The position numbers and the translations under genes are program-made. The notes beneath the pieces were generated by a model that worked only from the letters and a program-made list of their open reading frames with translations, did no database searches and was not told the DNA's origin. Below are positions 41,528-50,275 of a stretch of DNA of 64,000 nucleotides, one piece after another. This DNA is from Pseudohongiellaceae bacterium (GTDB taxonomy: Bacteria; Pseudomonadota; Gammaproteobacteria; Pseudomonadales; Pseudohongiellaceae). The DNA lies in contig JBJLER010000061.1 in the NCBI GenBank assembly GCA_045565735.1, positions 110 to 64,109 on the forward strand. Direction: 5' to 3'. Each line of letters starts with the position of its first letter. Positions within the stretch are counted from its first letter, which is position 1.

Positions 41528-41686
41528 ATGTTCATATCACTTTTTATTTCAGTATTAGTATGTTTCGCTCTTGAAGATCTGGTCCCGATAATTCGTGACA
41601 GCGATAATTTTTATAAAGGTAGAATTGGTGCGGCGATCATTTGGTTCCAAGCCTTAAACTATTTTTTCAAGTTGAAGCACAATTAG
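41528..41686 (+). CDS. 52-aa small hydrophobic ORF, possibly an N-terminal remnant of a fatty-acid hydroxylase-type gene
   Basis: My own translation gives MFISLFISVLVCFALEDLVPIIRDSDNFYKGRIGAAIIWFQALNYFFKLKHN. The pattern loosely parallels the N-terminus of the 45087-45953 hydroxylase (VIPILERLFPLKGQKFIRPGMINDLIHTY). It is below the ORF-track cutoff. Confidence 0.2.
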   Translation: MFISLFISVLVCFALEDLVPIIRDSDNFYKGRIGAAIIWFQALNYFFKLKHN

Positions 41687-41764
41687 ATGCCGATATGTTT
41701 ATTTAAATCAATTAGTCAAAGGTTCCTAACTAAATATAAAGCCTCAAGTAACGGAGTTAACTTT

Positions 41765-42550
41765 GTGAAGTTAAAGTTGTATCAGATCGATGCATTTGCG
41801 GAAAAACCTTTTGAAGGCAATCCAGCAGCAGTGGTACCTCTGGAAGAATGGCTCCCGGACCAGATCCTCCAAAAAATTGCCGAGGAAAATAACCTTGCCG
41901 AAACTGCCTATTACATTCCTAAAGCAAACGGTTTTGAAATTCGATGGTTTACTCCCGGGTCAGAAGTAAAACTTTGCGGCCACGCTACACTTGCCTCTGC
42001 TGCTGTTTTGTTCAATGAATTTGATTACAGTCAAGACGAGATCGTTTTTGATTCTTTGACCGGCCCCCTTCGCATTACCAGAAATGGAGATCTACTCACG
42101 CTGAATTTTCCCACCCAGGTGCCATCGATATGTGAGACGCCACGGAATCTTATTGTTGGACTCGGAATTGAGCCTAGCCTTTGTTTGGCGAACGAAGACT
42201 ATTTAGCGGTCTATGAAGATGAAGAAACCCTGGTTAGCATTGAGCCGAAAGCAGAGCCTTTAAAGTGTCTAGACAGACGAGGTGTAATAGCGACAGCCCC
42301 ATCGAATCAGTACGATTTCGTTTCCCGTTTTTTTGCACCGAAGGTGGCGATTCTGGAAGACCCAGTTACTGGATCTTCTTTTACACATCTTATTCCTTAC
42401 TGGGCAGAGCGATTAGGAAAGAAAAAGATGACGGCGAAACAAGTTTCACCTAGAGGAGGAGTTGTACATTGCGAATTAACAGGCGATAGAGTTTTGATAT
42501 CAGGAAAAGCAGTTAAGTACCTCGAAGGCGAAATTGAAATAAATACTTAG
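41765..42550 (+). CDS. PhzF family isomerase-like protein
   Basis: KLKLYQIDAFAEKPFEGNPAAV N-terminus, ETAYY and CGHATLA motifs of PhzF/YddE. The GTG at 41765 is preceded by GGAG. The longer ORF from 41687 is probably an extension. Confidence 0.85.
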   Translation: MKLKLYQIDAFAEKPFEGNPAAVVPLEEWLPDQILQKIAEENNLAETAYYIPKANGFEIRWFTPGSEVKLCGHATLASAAVLFNEFDYSQDEIVFDSLTGPLRITRNGDLLTLNFPTQVPSICETPRNLIVGLGIEPSLCLANEDYLAVYEDEETLVSIEPKAEPLKCLDRRGVIATAPSNQYDFVSRFFAPKVAILEDPVTGSSFTHLIPYWAERLGKKKMTAKQVSPRGGVVHCELTGDRVLISGKAVKYLEGEIEINT

Positions 42551-42572
42551 AGCTAAAAGCTAGAATCGAATT

Positions 42573-42971
42573 ATGGAAATAAAATACCTACAACTGGTTG
42601 TTGCCGCGTTAGCGATAGAAATCATTAGCGTTTTAGTCTTGGTAATAATGGTAGCAATATTCGGCCCATCTGACCCTGATCAAGCGCAAGCATTTGCGGC
42701 AGACATAGAGTATTGGGTCGGACCTATTGCCGGATTCATTTTTAGTTTCCTGGGCGCTTATGTGTTTACTAAGAACTTATCGAGATCCAGAATTCCAAAC
42801 GGCATTTTACTTGGCCTTTTGGTAGCTATTGTCGATGCAAGTATTTTGCTAGGTAGCGACCGAGGATTTGAAATGATGTTCCTGGTTTCAAATACCGGCA
42901 GAGTAGTTGCTGGAACATTAGGTGCATACGTTGCGGAGAGACAAGCTCAAGGACAAACACAAGATGTATGA
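42573..42971 (+). CDS. Hypothetical integral membrane protein (3-4 TM helices)
   Basis: 132 aa with alternating hydrophobic helices. No recognisable family motif. Confidence 0.6.
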   Translation: MEIKYLQLVVAALAIEIISVLVLVIMVAIFGPSDPDQAQAFAADIEYWVGPIAGFIFSFLGAYVFTKNLSRSRIPNGILLGLLVAIVDASILLGSDRGFEMMFLVSNTGRVVAGTLGAYVAERQAQGQTQDV

Positions 42972-43052
42972 ACTAGCAGAAGTAGTATCGGTAGATGACT
43001 TTATTAGATAATTGATGATGAAATTCCTGCTGCAACAATATTGTTATAGTAG

Positions 43053-43493
43053 CTATACGACCCAGATCATTTTAATACTGTGCTCGTCAGATTTAACTTC
43101 TTCAAAGCCTGCCTTTAAATGAAAATCTACCGCAGGATTAGTTTTTAATACACTTATCCGAATGGTTTTGTTTAGTTGTTTTGCCTGATTCTTAATTCTT
43201 GCCAACATTTCACCGCCTAAACCCTGACCTTGAAACTCGGGTTCTAACAGGATCATGTTCAGTAGCAAGTGGTCTTCTTTATCGCTAATGTGATACCCAC
43301 CTACAGCTTCATCATCAATACACAGTAGTTGAAACTGCTTTATTGGAAGTGAGGTTTTGAAGCTTTCCTTTTGGAGTAATTCATCCCAGCCCCAGGCAGA
43401 TTCGACATAGTGCTGCATGGTTCGCTTGAACAAATCAAACATCCATTCATCCTCTTTTATGGTTCCAATGCGAAATTTTATGTTCGATGACAT
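43053..43493 (-). CDS. GNAT family N-acetyltransferase
   Basis: Acetyl-CoA motif FQGQGLGGEMLARI. 146 aa. The start lies 2 nt after the pgi stop. Confidence 0.85.
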   Translation of the reverse strand: MSSNIKFRIGTIKEDEWMFDLFKRTMQHYVESAWGWDELLQKESFKTSLPIKQFQLLCIDDEAVGGYHISDKEDHLLLNMILLEPEFQGQGLGGEMLARIKNQAKQLNKTIRISVLKTNPAVDFHLKAGFEEVKSDEHSIKMIWVV

Positions 43494-43495
43494 TG

Positions 43496-45079
43496 TTAAT
43501 CATTAAGGAGTTCGCCAATTTGCTTAATTAGCGAAGCTGTGGATGAATCGAATTCAATATTCGAGCCTGATTCTGTTATAGCTTTGAATACATCGTTTGA
43601 GAGCACTTTCCCTAATTGAACTCCCCATTGATCGAATGCATTGATGTTCCAAATTACGCTTTGTACATAAGTTTTATGTTCATAAAGAGCAATAAGACTG
43701 CCAAGGTTATAAGGATTAAGTTCATTTATAAGAAGTGTATTGCTTGGTTTATTTCCCTGGGTTTTTTTATGTTGATCCGAAGAATCATTATTTCCCTGCA
43801 TTAGCGCCAGACTTTGGCTTAAGCAATTCGCCAATAAGTATTGTTGCCTTCGACGAGCATCGCTTCCTTCACTCGTTGGTTTTATAACACCGAGAAAGTC
43901 CACCGGAATAAATTCTGTGCCCTGATGCAATAGTTGGAAAAAGGAATGTTGAGCATTCGTACCGACAGTACCCCACAATACATCACCTGTGTTGCTAGTT
44001 ACTGGCCCATCATTCTTATTCACACTTTTGCCAAGGCTTTCCATATACAGTTGTTGCAGGTAAGCAGGGAACTGTTGAAGCCTCTGGCTGTATGGAACAA
44101 CAGCATGACTGCGGGCGTTGAAGAATCCTGTATACCAAACTGTGAGCAACCCCATTATTACCGGAAGATTTTTACGGAGCTCTGCAGAATGAAAGTGCTT
44201 ATCCATGGAATGGGCGCCGGCAAGTAGTTGGCGAAAATTATTCATACCAATGGAAAGAGCAATAGGCAGACCGATCGCTGACCATAAAGAATAACGACCG
44301 CCTACCCATTCCCACATCGGAAAGAGGGTTTTTTCTTGTATACCAAATTCTGATGCTGCTGCAGAATTCATTGTTATTGCAACGAAATGATCTCTTATAC
44401 AATCAGGGGGGGCGGACTGAGACAGCAACCAGTTCTTCGCTGCATGGGCATTTTGGATAGTTTCTAGGGTATTAAATGACTTAGACGCGACAATAAATAA
44501 TGTGGTTGCTGGATCTAAACCCGCAACGACATTATCAAGATCAGTAGGATCCACGTTAGAAACAAAATGTGGCTTTATGTCGTTTGTAGAAAAACTCGAA
44601 AGGGCATCACAAACGAATGCCGGACCTAAATCAGAACCACCGATGCCAATATTTACAATGTCGGTAATTTTTTTCCCCGAGTAACCTTTCCATTCACCGG
44701 AATGAATCGCGGTAACAAATGAATCCATTTGTTTTAGGCAACTAACAACTTCTGTATTCGAGTTTTTTGTTTCTGGAATTCGACAAGCTGAGTGGAGTGC
44801 GGCGCGATTCTCAGTGATGTTGATTTTCTCTCCCGCAAACATTGCATTGATTGCGTCAGTTAGCCCCATTTCCTTGGCTAGCTGAATAAGAGTATCTATA
44901 GTTTCAGTGGTTAAAAAATTCTTCGAGTAATCAAAAAGCAAGTTTTCATGGCTGACTGAAAACTCTGAGAAGCGATCATTGTCCTCAAATAACTGGGCAA
45001 GGCGAAAATCTTCATGCTTAAAATCAGCACAAAGGCGTAAGAGATCATTCCAGGCAGCAGACTCAGTTGGGTTGGTCAT
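43496..45079 (-). CDS. pgi: Glucose-6-phosphate isomerase
   Basis: 527 aa. PGI family blocks (NIGIGGSDLGP, GGRYSLWSAIGL, QHSFFQLLHQG, FDQWGVQLGK). Confidence 0.94.
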   Translation of the reverse strand: MTNPTESAAWNDLLRLCADFKHEDFRLAQLFEDNDRFSEFSVSHENLLFDYSKNFLTTETIDTLIQLAKEMGLTDAINAMFAGEKINITENRAALHSACRIPETKNSNTEVVSCLKQMDSFVTAIHSGEWKGYSGKKITDIVNIGIGGSDLGPAFVCDALSSFSTNDIKPHFVSNVDPTDLDNVVAGLDPATTLFIVASKSFNTLETIQNAHAAKNWLLSQSAPPDCIRDHFVAITMNSAAASEFGIQEKTLFPMWEWVGGRYSLWSAIGLPIALSIGMNNFRQLLAGAHSMDKHFHSAELRKNLPVIMGLLTVWYTGFFNARSHAVVPYSQRLQQFPAYLQQLYMESLGKSVNKNDGPVTSNTGDVLWGTVGTNAQHSFFQLLHQGTEFIPVDFLGVIKPTSEGSDARRRQQYLLANCLSQSLALMQGNNDSSDQHKKTQGNKPSNTLLINELNPYNLGSLIALYEHKTYVQSVIWNINAFDQWGVQLGKVLSNDVFKAITESGSNIEFDSSTASLIKQIGELLND

Positions 45080-45086
45080 GTCGAGA

Positions 45087-45953
45087 CTAATCGTTTGCTA
45101 TTTCCAAACCGTCGGTTTCAGTTTGTTTGGGTTTGTGCAGAAGTGCTATCCAGCCATTGTTCTTAACGATATTATAACAATCGACAAATGGTTGATAATG
45201 CTGAATGATAATATTGTTGCTGTAGCCTTCGAAACCAAAATCTGCCGGTATTTTGTCTTTTGGATAGTAGGCAGTGCCAAAAATCCAATCAAGAAAATTA
45301 AATTCAGCAGAAAAATTCTTATCGATAGCTTCCGGATGATTTGAATGATGCCAACGATGGAATTTTGGATTACTCAAGAAATATCCAATCCAGTGTGGGT
45401 CCTTAATATTGCCATGGCCATATCGTCCCCAAAAATCATTTAAGGAAACAAAGAGAAATACAATTCCCGGATCTGGTTGAAAGTAAGTGACGAGCATTAA
45501 GTAAGGCGCGGCGAATAATGTTTTATCAAAAATATGAAAGCGGCTGGTAGAAAATGAGTCCAGTTTTAGAGAACTGTGATGAACTTTGTGAAACTGCCAC
45601 AGCATTGGAATTTTATGACAGGCATAATGCGCTACATAGAATGAGACATGCCCAAACAACATTACGCATAAGGCAGTAATAGACCAATGGGCGTCAATCA
45701 ATGCGCCTCTTCCAAATAATCCCTGACCCCCTTGTTCCTGGGCATAGGTAGCGAGCCAGGCTATAAGGGAAGCATTTAAAAAACTCCAGAGATGGACACG
45801 ATGATAAGTATGAATCAGGTCATTGATCATTCCGGGCCGGATGAACTTCTGCCCTTTAAGGGGGAAAAGCCTTTCTAGAATGGGAATAACCCAGATCCAA
45901 CCCCACAGAGCCATCATTTGAAAGAATTCTTGTATTGATGGAGAAATGTTCAC
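45087..45953 (-). CDS. Fatty acid hydroxylase superfamily (sterol desaturase-like) membrane protein
   Basis: Histidine boxes HYACH, HKVHHSS and HRWHHSNH, with several TM segments. Confidence 0.85.
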   Translation of the reverse strand: MNISPSIQEFFQMMALWGWIWVIPILERLFPLKGQKFIRPGMINDLIHTYHRVHLWSFLNASLIAWLATYAQEQGGQGLFGRGALIDAHWSITALCVMLFGHVSFYVAHYACHKIPMLWQFHKVHHSSLKLDSFSTSRFHIFDKTLFAAPYLMLVTYFQPDPGIVFLFVSLNDFWGRYGHGNIKDPHWIGYFLSNPKFHRWHHSNHPEAIDKNFSAEFNFLDWIFGTAYYPKDKIPADFGFEGYSNNIIIQHYQPFVDCYNIVKNNGWIALLHKPKQTETDGLEIAND

Positions 45954-46206
45954 CAGCTTTGCCTGATTTCTCTTCGAAACCTAACCCTAGAATTTAATTA
46001 TTTCACACCTAAGTCAGTGAATACTTTAGCAAAATACGGTTTAACTTAGTATTCTTCATTTCCGTTGTTCATGCCCGCATATTGCGCTAGATGGTCGTTT
46101 ACAGCAAAAAACAGGCTAAACAAGCGAAGCGTTTTTGGATTTTTCTTTGCAAGTAAGAGTTTTGCCTATTGTGAGTAAATGAAAATCCAAAAGGCGACCT
46201 CAGAGT

Positions 46207-46425
46207 TTGGGTGATGTAAGTTATTCGATCTATCTTGTGCATTACGCCGTTCTACATTTTTTCATGCAAAGAAATCTTGATAGTTTAATTACTCTCGACA
46301 ATGTATTGGGAATTGCTGTGATAAATGTGTTAGTGATTGCAATGCCCCTTGTGTTAGCAATTTCTGCCGCATCTTGCCATTGGATCGAACTGGCATTCCT
46401 TATCCGCCGCACCACCGGCGTATAG
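46207..46425 (+). pseudogene. C-terminal fragment of an acyltransferase-3 (OafA/YrhL-type) membrane acyltransferase
   Basis: LGDVSYSIYLVHYAVLHFF is the conserved late motif of acyltransferase family 3 proteins, which are normally about 350 aa or longer. Only about 72 codons remain here, with an in-frame TGA just upstream (near 46180) and no N-terminal part. Confidence 0.6.
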
Positions 46426-46449
46426 AGCAAAGCCACCACTTAGTGCTAT

Positions 46450-46478
46450 TGAACCACCATCTAATTTTTTGTAGTATG
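46450..46478 (+). promoter_or_regulatory. Sigma-70 promoter for tRNA-Thr with a GC-rich discriminator
   Basis: TTGAAC (46450-46455), a 17-nt spacer, TAGTAT (46473-46478), then GCGCGCC. The tRNA starts at 46511. Confidence 0.55.
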
Positions 46479-46510
46479 CGCGCCTCGATTTGGTCTAAGA
46501 TTGAAACGAA

Positions 46511-46588
46511 GCCGCTATAGCTCAGCCGTGGTAGAGCAGCTGACTTGTAATCAGCAGGTCCCGAGTTCGACTCTTGGTGGCGGCACCA
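46511..46588 (+). tRNA. tRNA-Thr (anticodon UGU)
   Basis: Acceptor stem GCCGCTA/TGGCGGC, D arm AGCTCAGCCGTGGTAGAGC, anticodon stem GCTGA/TCAGC with loop CTTGTAA (anticodon TGT), T arm CCCGAGTTCGACTCTTGG, and an encoded CCA. Confidence 0.9.
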
Positions 46589-46594
46589 TTTTAG

Positions 46595-46628
46595 AAAGGC
46601 AGTTCTTCAGAGCTGCCTTTTTGTTTTC
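46595..46628 (+). terminator. Rho-independent terminator after tRNA-Thr
   Basis: AAAGGCAG-loop-CTGCCTTT followed by TTGTTTT. Confidence 0.7.
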
Positions 46629-46787
46629 AAATATCAGGTATTCCAGTAATACCCGCACTTTAAGCGGCTATAGCGAATAGGCTTGGCGATTTCAAAAAGA
46701 TATCCATTCGATGTATTAATCATTTAGATTCACTTTCGTCACCCCTTACTGAACCAGTATCATGTGCTCCTGCTTGAGGAGTAGCAA

Positions 46788-47435
46788 TTGAATTCAAAAC
46801 AACAATGTTCAAATCTGACTTTTTGGGGAGCCGGCACCGCTAGGACCATTAGACCGATTTGGGTAGCAGAAGAGCTGGGACTATCCTACGAGTTAAAACC
46901 TATTGGGCCGCGCACCGGTGAAACTCAAACCAAGGAATACACCGAGCTCAATCCAAAACAGAAAGTGCCTTTTTGTATGGACGGCGACTTAAAACTCTCA
47001 GAGACTATTGCCATTTGTCGGTATCTGATCAATAAATACGGTAGTACGGGTGCATTACAAACACCCGGCACCATTGAAGCGCAGGCTAAAGAAGACGAAT
47101 GGCTTGCCTTCATTTATGGTGAGCTCGATGAGACCAGTCTCTATGTCATGCGCCGTCATGGAGCATTGGCTTCTATTTATGGGGAGGCCCCCGCGGCAGT
47201 GGAAGCAGCGGGAGCATATGTAAAAAGACAACTCAATGTCATTCACAAGCACATGCGCGGCAGAGAGTATGTTTTGAATGAAAGCTTCAGTTTGTCGGAC
47301 ATATTTCTAACCACTTGCTTAAACTGGGTTAATGCTTACGAAATAGAATTGGAGTCAGAGCTCGAACAATATCGAGTGCGAATTGTTCAACGCAAAGCTT
47401 ATATAAAAGCAAACAAAGTTAACCAACAAAAATAG
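46788..47435 (+). CDS. Glutathione S-transferase family protein
   Basis: The N-terminal thioredoxin-like domain has RPIWVAEELGL, KVPF and ETIAICRYL. The C-terminal domain is helical. The TTG start is preceded by GAGGAG. Confidence 0.85.
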   Translation: MNSKQQCSNLTFWGAGTARTIRPIWVAEELGLSYELKPIGPRTGETQTKEYTELNPKQKVPFCMDGDLKLSETIAICRYLINKYGSTGALQTPGTIEAQAKEDEWLAFIYGELDETSLYVMRRHGALASIYGEAPAAVEAAGAYVKRQLNVIHKHMRGREYVLNESFSLSDIFLTTCLNWVNAYEIELESELEQYRVRIVQRKAYIKANKVNQQK

Positions 47436-47447
47436 TTGAGGTCAGGT

Positions 47448-48635
47448 ATGGGACCCTTAGAAGGAATCAAAGTATTAGATCTAACCAGCATGGTTTCGGG
47501 ACCAGTAGCTGCAATGATGCTTGGAGACCAGGGGGCGGATGTTATAAAAGTCGAACCCATTCATGGAGAGCAGCTTCGTCATTTAGGAGAGACCCACAAC
47601 GGTTTGAATCCTGGGTTTTATTCCTGTAATCGAAATAAAAGATCTTTGGCAGTAGATCTGAAAACCGAGTTGGGGAAACAAATTCTTTGGGACTTAATCA
47701 AGGATGCGGATGTACTCTTGCAAAACTTTCGGCCGGGAGCAATGGCGAGAATGGGTTTTCCCGAGGAGGAAGTACGAAAAGTTAATCGTGGCATTATATT
47801 TGTTTCTATCAGTGGATTTGGTGAAAAGGGCCCCTATGCTCACAAGCGCGTCTATGATCCTATTGTCCAGGCCCTATCCTGTGCGACCGATATTCAAGCC
47901 GATCGAAAAACCCAGCGACCTAATATGTTTCGAATAATTCTTGCCGATAAGGTTTCTGCTTTAACCGCGGCGCAAGCTGTTTCCAGTGCCTTGTTCCACC
48001 GTGAGAGGTACGGGGAAGGGCAGCACATAAAGATTTCAATGCTGGAAGCAACTATCGCCTTCCTTTGGCCAGAAGGTATGGGGGGTTTGGTATTTGCCGA
48101 GCAGGAAATGGATATTAAACGAACTTATTCTTCTATCGATTTAATCTACGAAACCCAAGACGGTTATATGACGATTAGTATAATTTCCGACAAGGAATGG
48201 CAAGCAGTTTGCAGTGCTTTAGATAGGGAAGATCTAATCGATGATGAGCGCTTTAGTACGGCTTTAGCCCGCCGCAAAAATGCCGAATTGCGCCGCGAAG
48301 TCATAGCAGCAGAAGTCAGTAAACGAGCGACAGCAGACTTACTTGAAAAATTGGATGCCGCTGATGTTCCTTGTGCGCCTTTGTTAGATCGAAGGGATCT
48401 TCTCGATCACCCTCAGATTGTGGAGAGCGGCACAATCTTGCGCGAAGAACAGGAAGGTTTCGGGGAAGTTCGGCAGGCACGACCTGCCGCCCGCTTTGGT
48501 GAGACCCCGGCAAGTGTAAGGACTCCTGCGCCACAACTTGGAGAGCATACCGTTATCGTTTTACAGTCTCTTGGCTATGACCAAAAGCGCTGTGAAAAAC
48601 TTCTCGAGGGAAAAGTCGTTCTTCAATCACCATAG
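47448..48635 (+). CDS. Family III CoA-transferase (CaiB/BaiF type)
   Basis: MGPLEGIKVLDLTSMVSGPVAAMMLGDQGADVIKVEP is the canonical N-terminus. The likely start is the ATG at 47448. Confidence 0.88.
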   Translation: MGPLEGIKVLDLTSMVSGPVAAMMLGDQGADVIKVEPIHGEQLRHLGETHNGLNPGFYSCNRNKRSLAVDLKTELGKQILWDLIKDADVLLQNFRPGAMARMGFPEEEVRKVNRGIIFVSISGFGEKGPYAHKRVYDPIVQALSCATDIQADRKTQRPNMFRIILADKVSALTAAQAVSSALFHRERYGEGQHIKISMLEATIAFLWPEGMGGLVFAEQEMDIKRTYSSIDLIYETQDGYMTISIISDKEWQAVCSALDREDLIDDERFSTALARRKNAELRREVIAAEVSKRATADLLEKLDAADVPCAPLLDRRDLLDHPQIVESGTILREEQEGFGEVRQARPAARFGETPASVRTPAPQLGEHTVIVLQSLGYDQKRCEKLLEGKVVLQSP

Positions 48636-48750
48636 ATAAATGTTGCGGTATAAATCATCTCACCGTTTGCGGCGGAGCAACTCCCGCCCTGTTCGGTTTG
48701 ACAGGAAAGATAACGGGCTTCCAATGAGTTTGTTGAAATAAAGGTCAGCT

Positions 48751-49087
48751 CTAGACGTAAGCTACCAGGCCGACCACCTGATCCAGGGTCGCCACATTGT
48801 TTTGGCGTCCACCCAGGTATGCCTTCCAGGCGCTGCCATCCTTCGGTAATTCAATATAAAGAACCCCTTCGCTACCTTCATGCACCGAATAAAAGGCGGC
48901 ACCGATATCGTCTTGCCAGACACGTTGAACGAGCTCAGCGGTGCTTGAAAGTTACTTGGTGTGACCGTTAGATCATAGTCTTCGTTTGGGGTAGGAGTGG
49001 ATCCACCAACCGGTGCTACCAAAATAATGTAATTGCCAATTTCATACTACTGTGACCGGCAAATCTTGTAGTCAATTCTGTCTTCAT
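48751..49087 (-). pseudogene. Probable frameshifted/decayed gene of unknown function
   Basis: Manual translation of the minus strand shows protein-like segments in three frames. These are MKTELTTRFAGHSSMKLAITLFW*, YEIGNYIILVAPVGGSTPTPNEDYDLTVTPSNFQAPLSSFNVSGK... and ...AELVQRVWQDDIGAAFYSVHEGSEGVLYIELPKDGSAWKAYLGGRQNNVATLDQVVGLVAYV*. No single intact ORF spans them. Confidence 0.35.
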
Positions 49088-49136
49088 CTATTCTTCGTCT
49101 CTTTTCCAATTCCCAGGGACAGAAGAATAAATTCCT

Positions 49137-50189
49137 ATGTTAGACGAACAGCAAATTCGCGATTTAGTAACTGAGCACGGCGCCATAGTTAACAAGGGCA
49201 GGCCCATTAAACAGATTATTGAGGACGGTGACATGCCTCGTCTGAGAGGGGCAACTGTTCTGGAAGGCAAGGTTTCCGATTCCGTTTTTTGCGATAGACT
49301 GGTTACGAAAGCAGGACAGCCGATTCGTCTAATGTTCCGCAACAATCGAATATCGACCCATGATGTCAATCGCGGAGCGATTCCGTTTAAAGACCAGGTG
49401 CTGGCGTTTAATCATGACCATATGCTGAATTTGGTCAAAGACGTTTTAGGATCTTCTCAATTTCATGTTGAAGGTCTTTTGCCCAGCTCCACCGTAATTC
49501 CTGCAGAAAATCTTAATCTGATCATGCTGGAAAACGTACTGCGTTTATATATGGCAGAAAGTTCGACCAGTACCTCTCTGTATCAACATTGGTTGGCTGC
49601 AAAAGAGCAAGGAGACGAAATTCTCAACTATGCAGGTCATACCTTAGCGATTTCTTCTGTAGAACCGAACGGTGTATTGCCCTACTTGATGGACACACCC
49701 AGCACTAAAGACAAAGTCGATAAAACTATCGATGTGGAGTTTCTAATTGACAAGGGTGTTTGCGGCCGGGAGCAGTATGCGCAAATTCGCAACACCTCGA
49801 TTATGGCCTTTGGCATGATTTCTCATTACTTGTCCATTAAGGGTATGGTGTTGGTGGATACCAAAACCGAACATGGCATAAACACCAGCGGCGAAATCGT
49901 TTCAGCTGACGAGCTATATACCATGGATTCTTCCCGTTTCTGGAAACTGGACGATAACGGTGCGCTTTTAACTCGTGATGGCAAGCCTGTGTCTTTTTCC
50001 AAAGAATTCGCAAGGGGCATGGTTAAAGAGAAGGACCAGCAGTTTACAGACGAACAGGCTAATCAGATCGCGGTTAGATATATCCAGGGCTTACAACATC
50101 TAACTGATGTTAGTTTCGATCCCGATCTGCGACCTCGAGACGAGCGCATCGTCGATTCAACTAATCTCATCCTCGATAGTTTACTCTAA
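49137..50189 (+). CDS. SAICAR synthetase family protein (long-form PurC-like, divergent)
   Basis: 350 aa. Family blocks are present: EGKVSDSV (compare GKVR), NNRISTHDV (compare SDRISAFD), MDTPSTKDK, LVDTKTEHG (compare VDTKFEFG) and DELYTMDSSRFW (compare DE..TPDSSRxW). The architecture resembles the roughly 367-aa Vibrio-type PurC. Confidence 0.65.
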   Translation: MLDEQQIRDLVTEHGAIVNKGRPIKQIIEDGDMPRLRGATVLEGKVSDSVFCDRLVTKAGQPIRLMFRNNRISTHDVNRGAIPFKDQVLAFNHDHMLNLVKDVLGSSQFHVEGLLPSSTVIPAENLNLIMLENVLRLYMAESSTSTSLYQHWLAAKEQGDEILNYAGHTLAISSVEPNGVLPYLMDTPSTKDKVDKTIDVEFLIDKGVCGREQYAQIRNTSIMAFGMISHYLSIKGMVLVDTKTEHGINTSGEIVSADELYTMDSSRFWKLDDNGALLTRDGKPVSFSKEFARGMVKEKDQQFTDEQANQIAVRYIQGLQHLTDVSFDPDLRPRDERIVDSTNLILDSLL

Positions 50190-50275
50190 TTGTTTCATTG
50201 CAATTGATGCAGACGCCTGAGTTCGAGGTAGAATTCAAGCGGCATCATCCGTAATACAGTAATAATGGAGTATTT

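Noticed and set aside
43053-43493. The GNAT as a toxin of a GNAT/RHH toxin-antitoxin pair.
   Set aside because: No small DNA-binding antitoxin ORF is adjacent. The gene is translationally juxtaposed to pgi, and the next gene is convergent.
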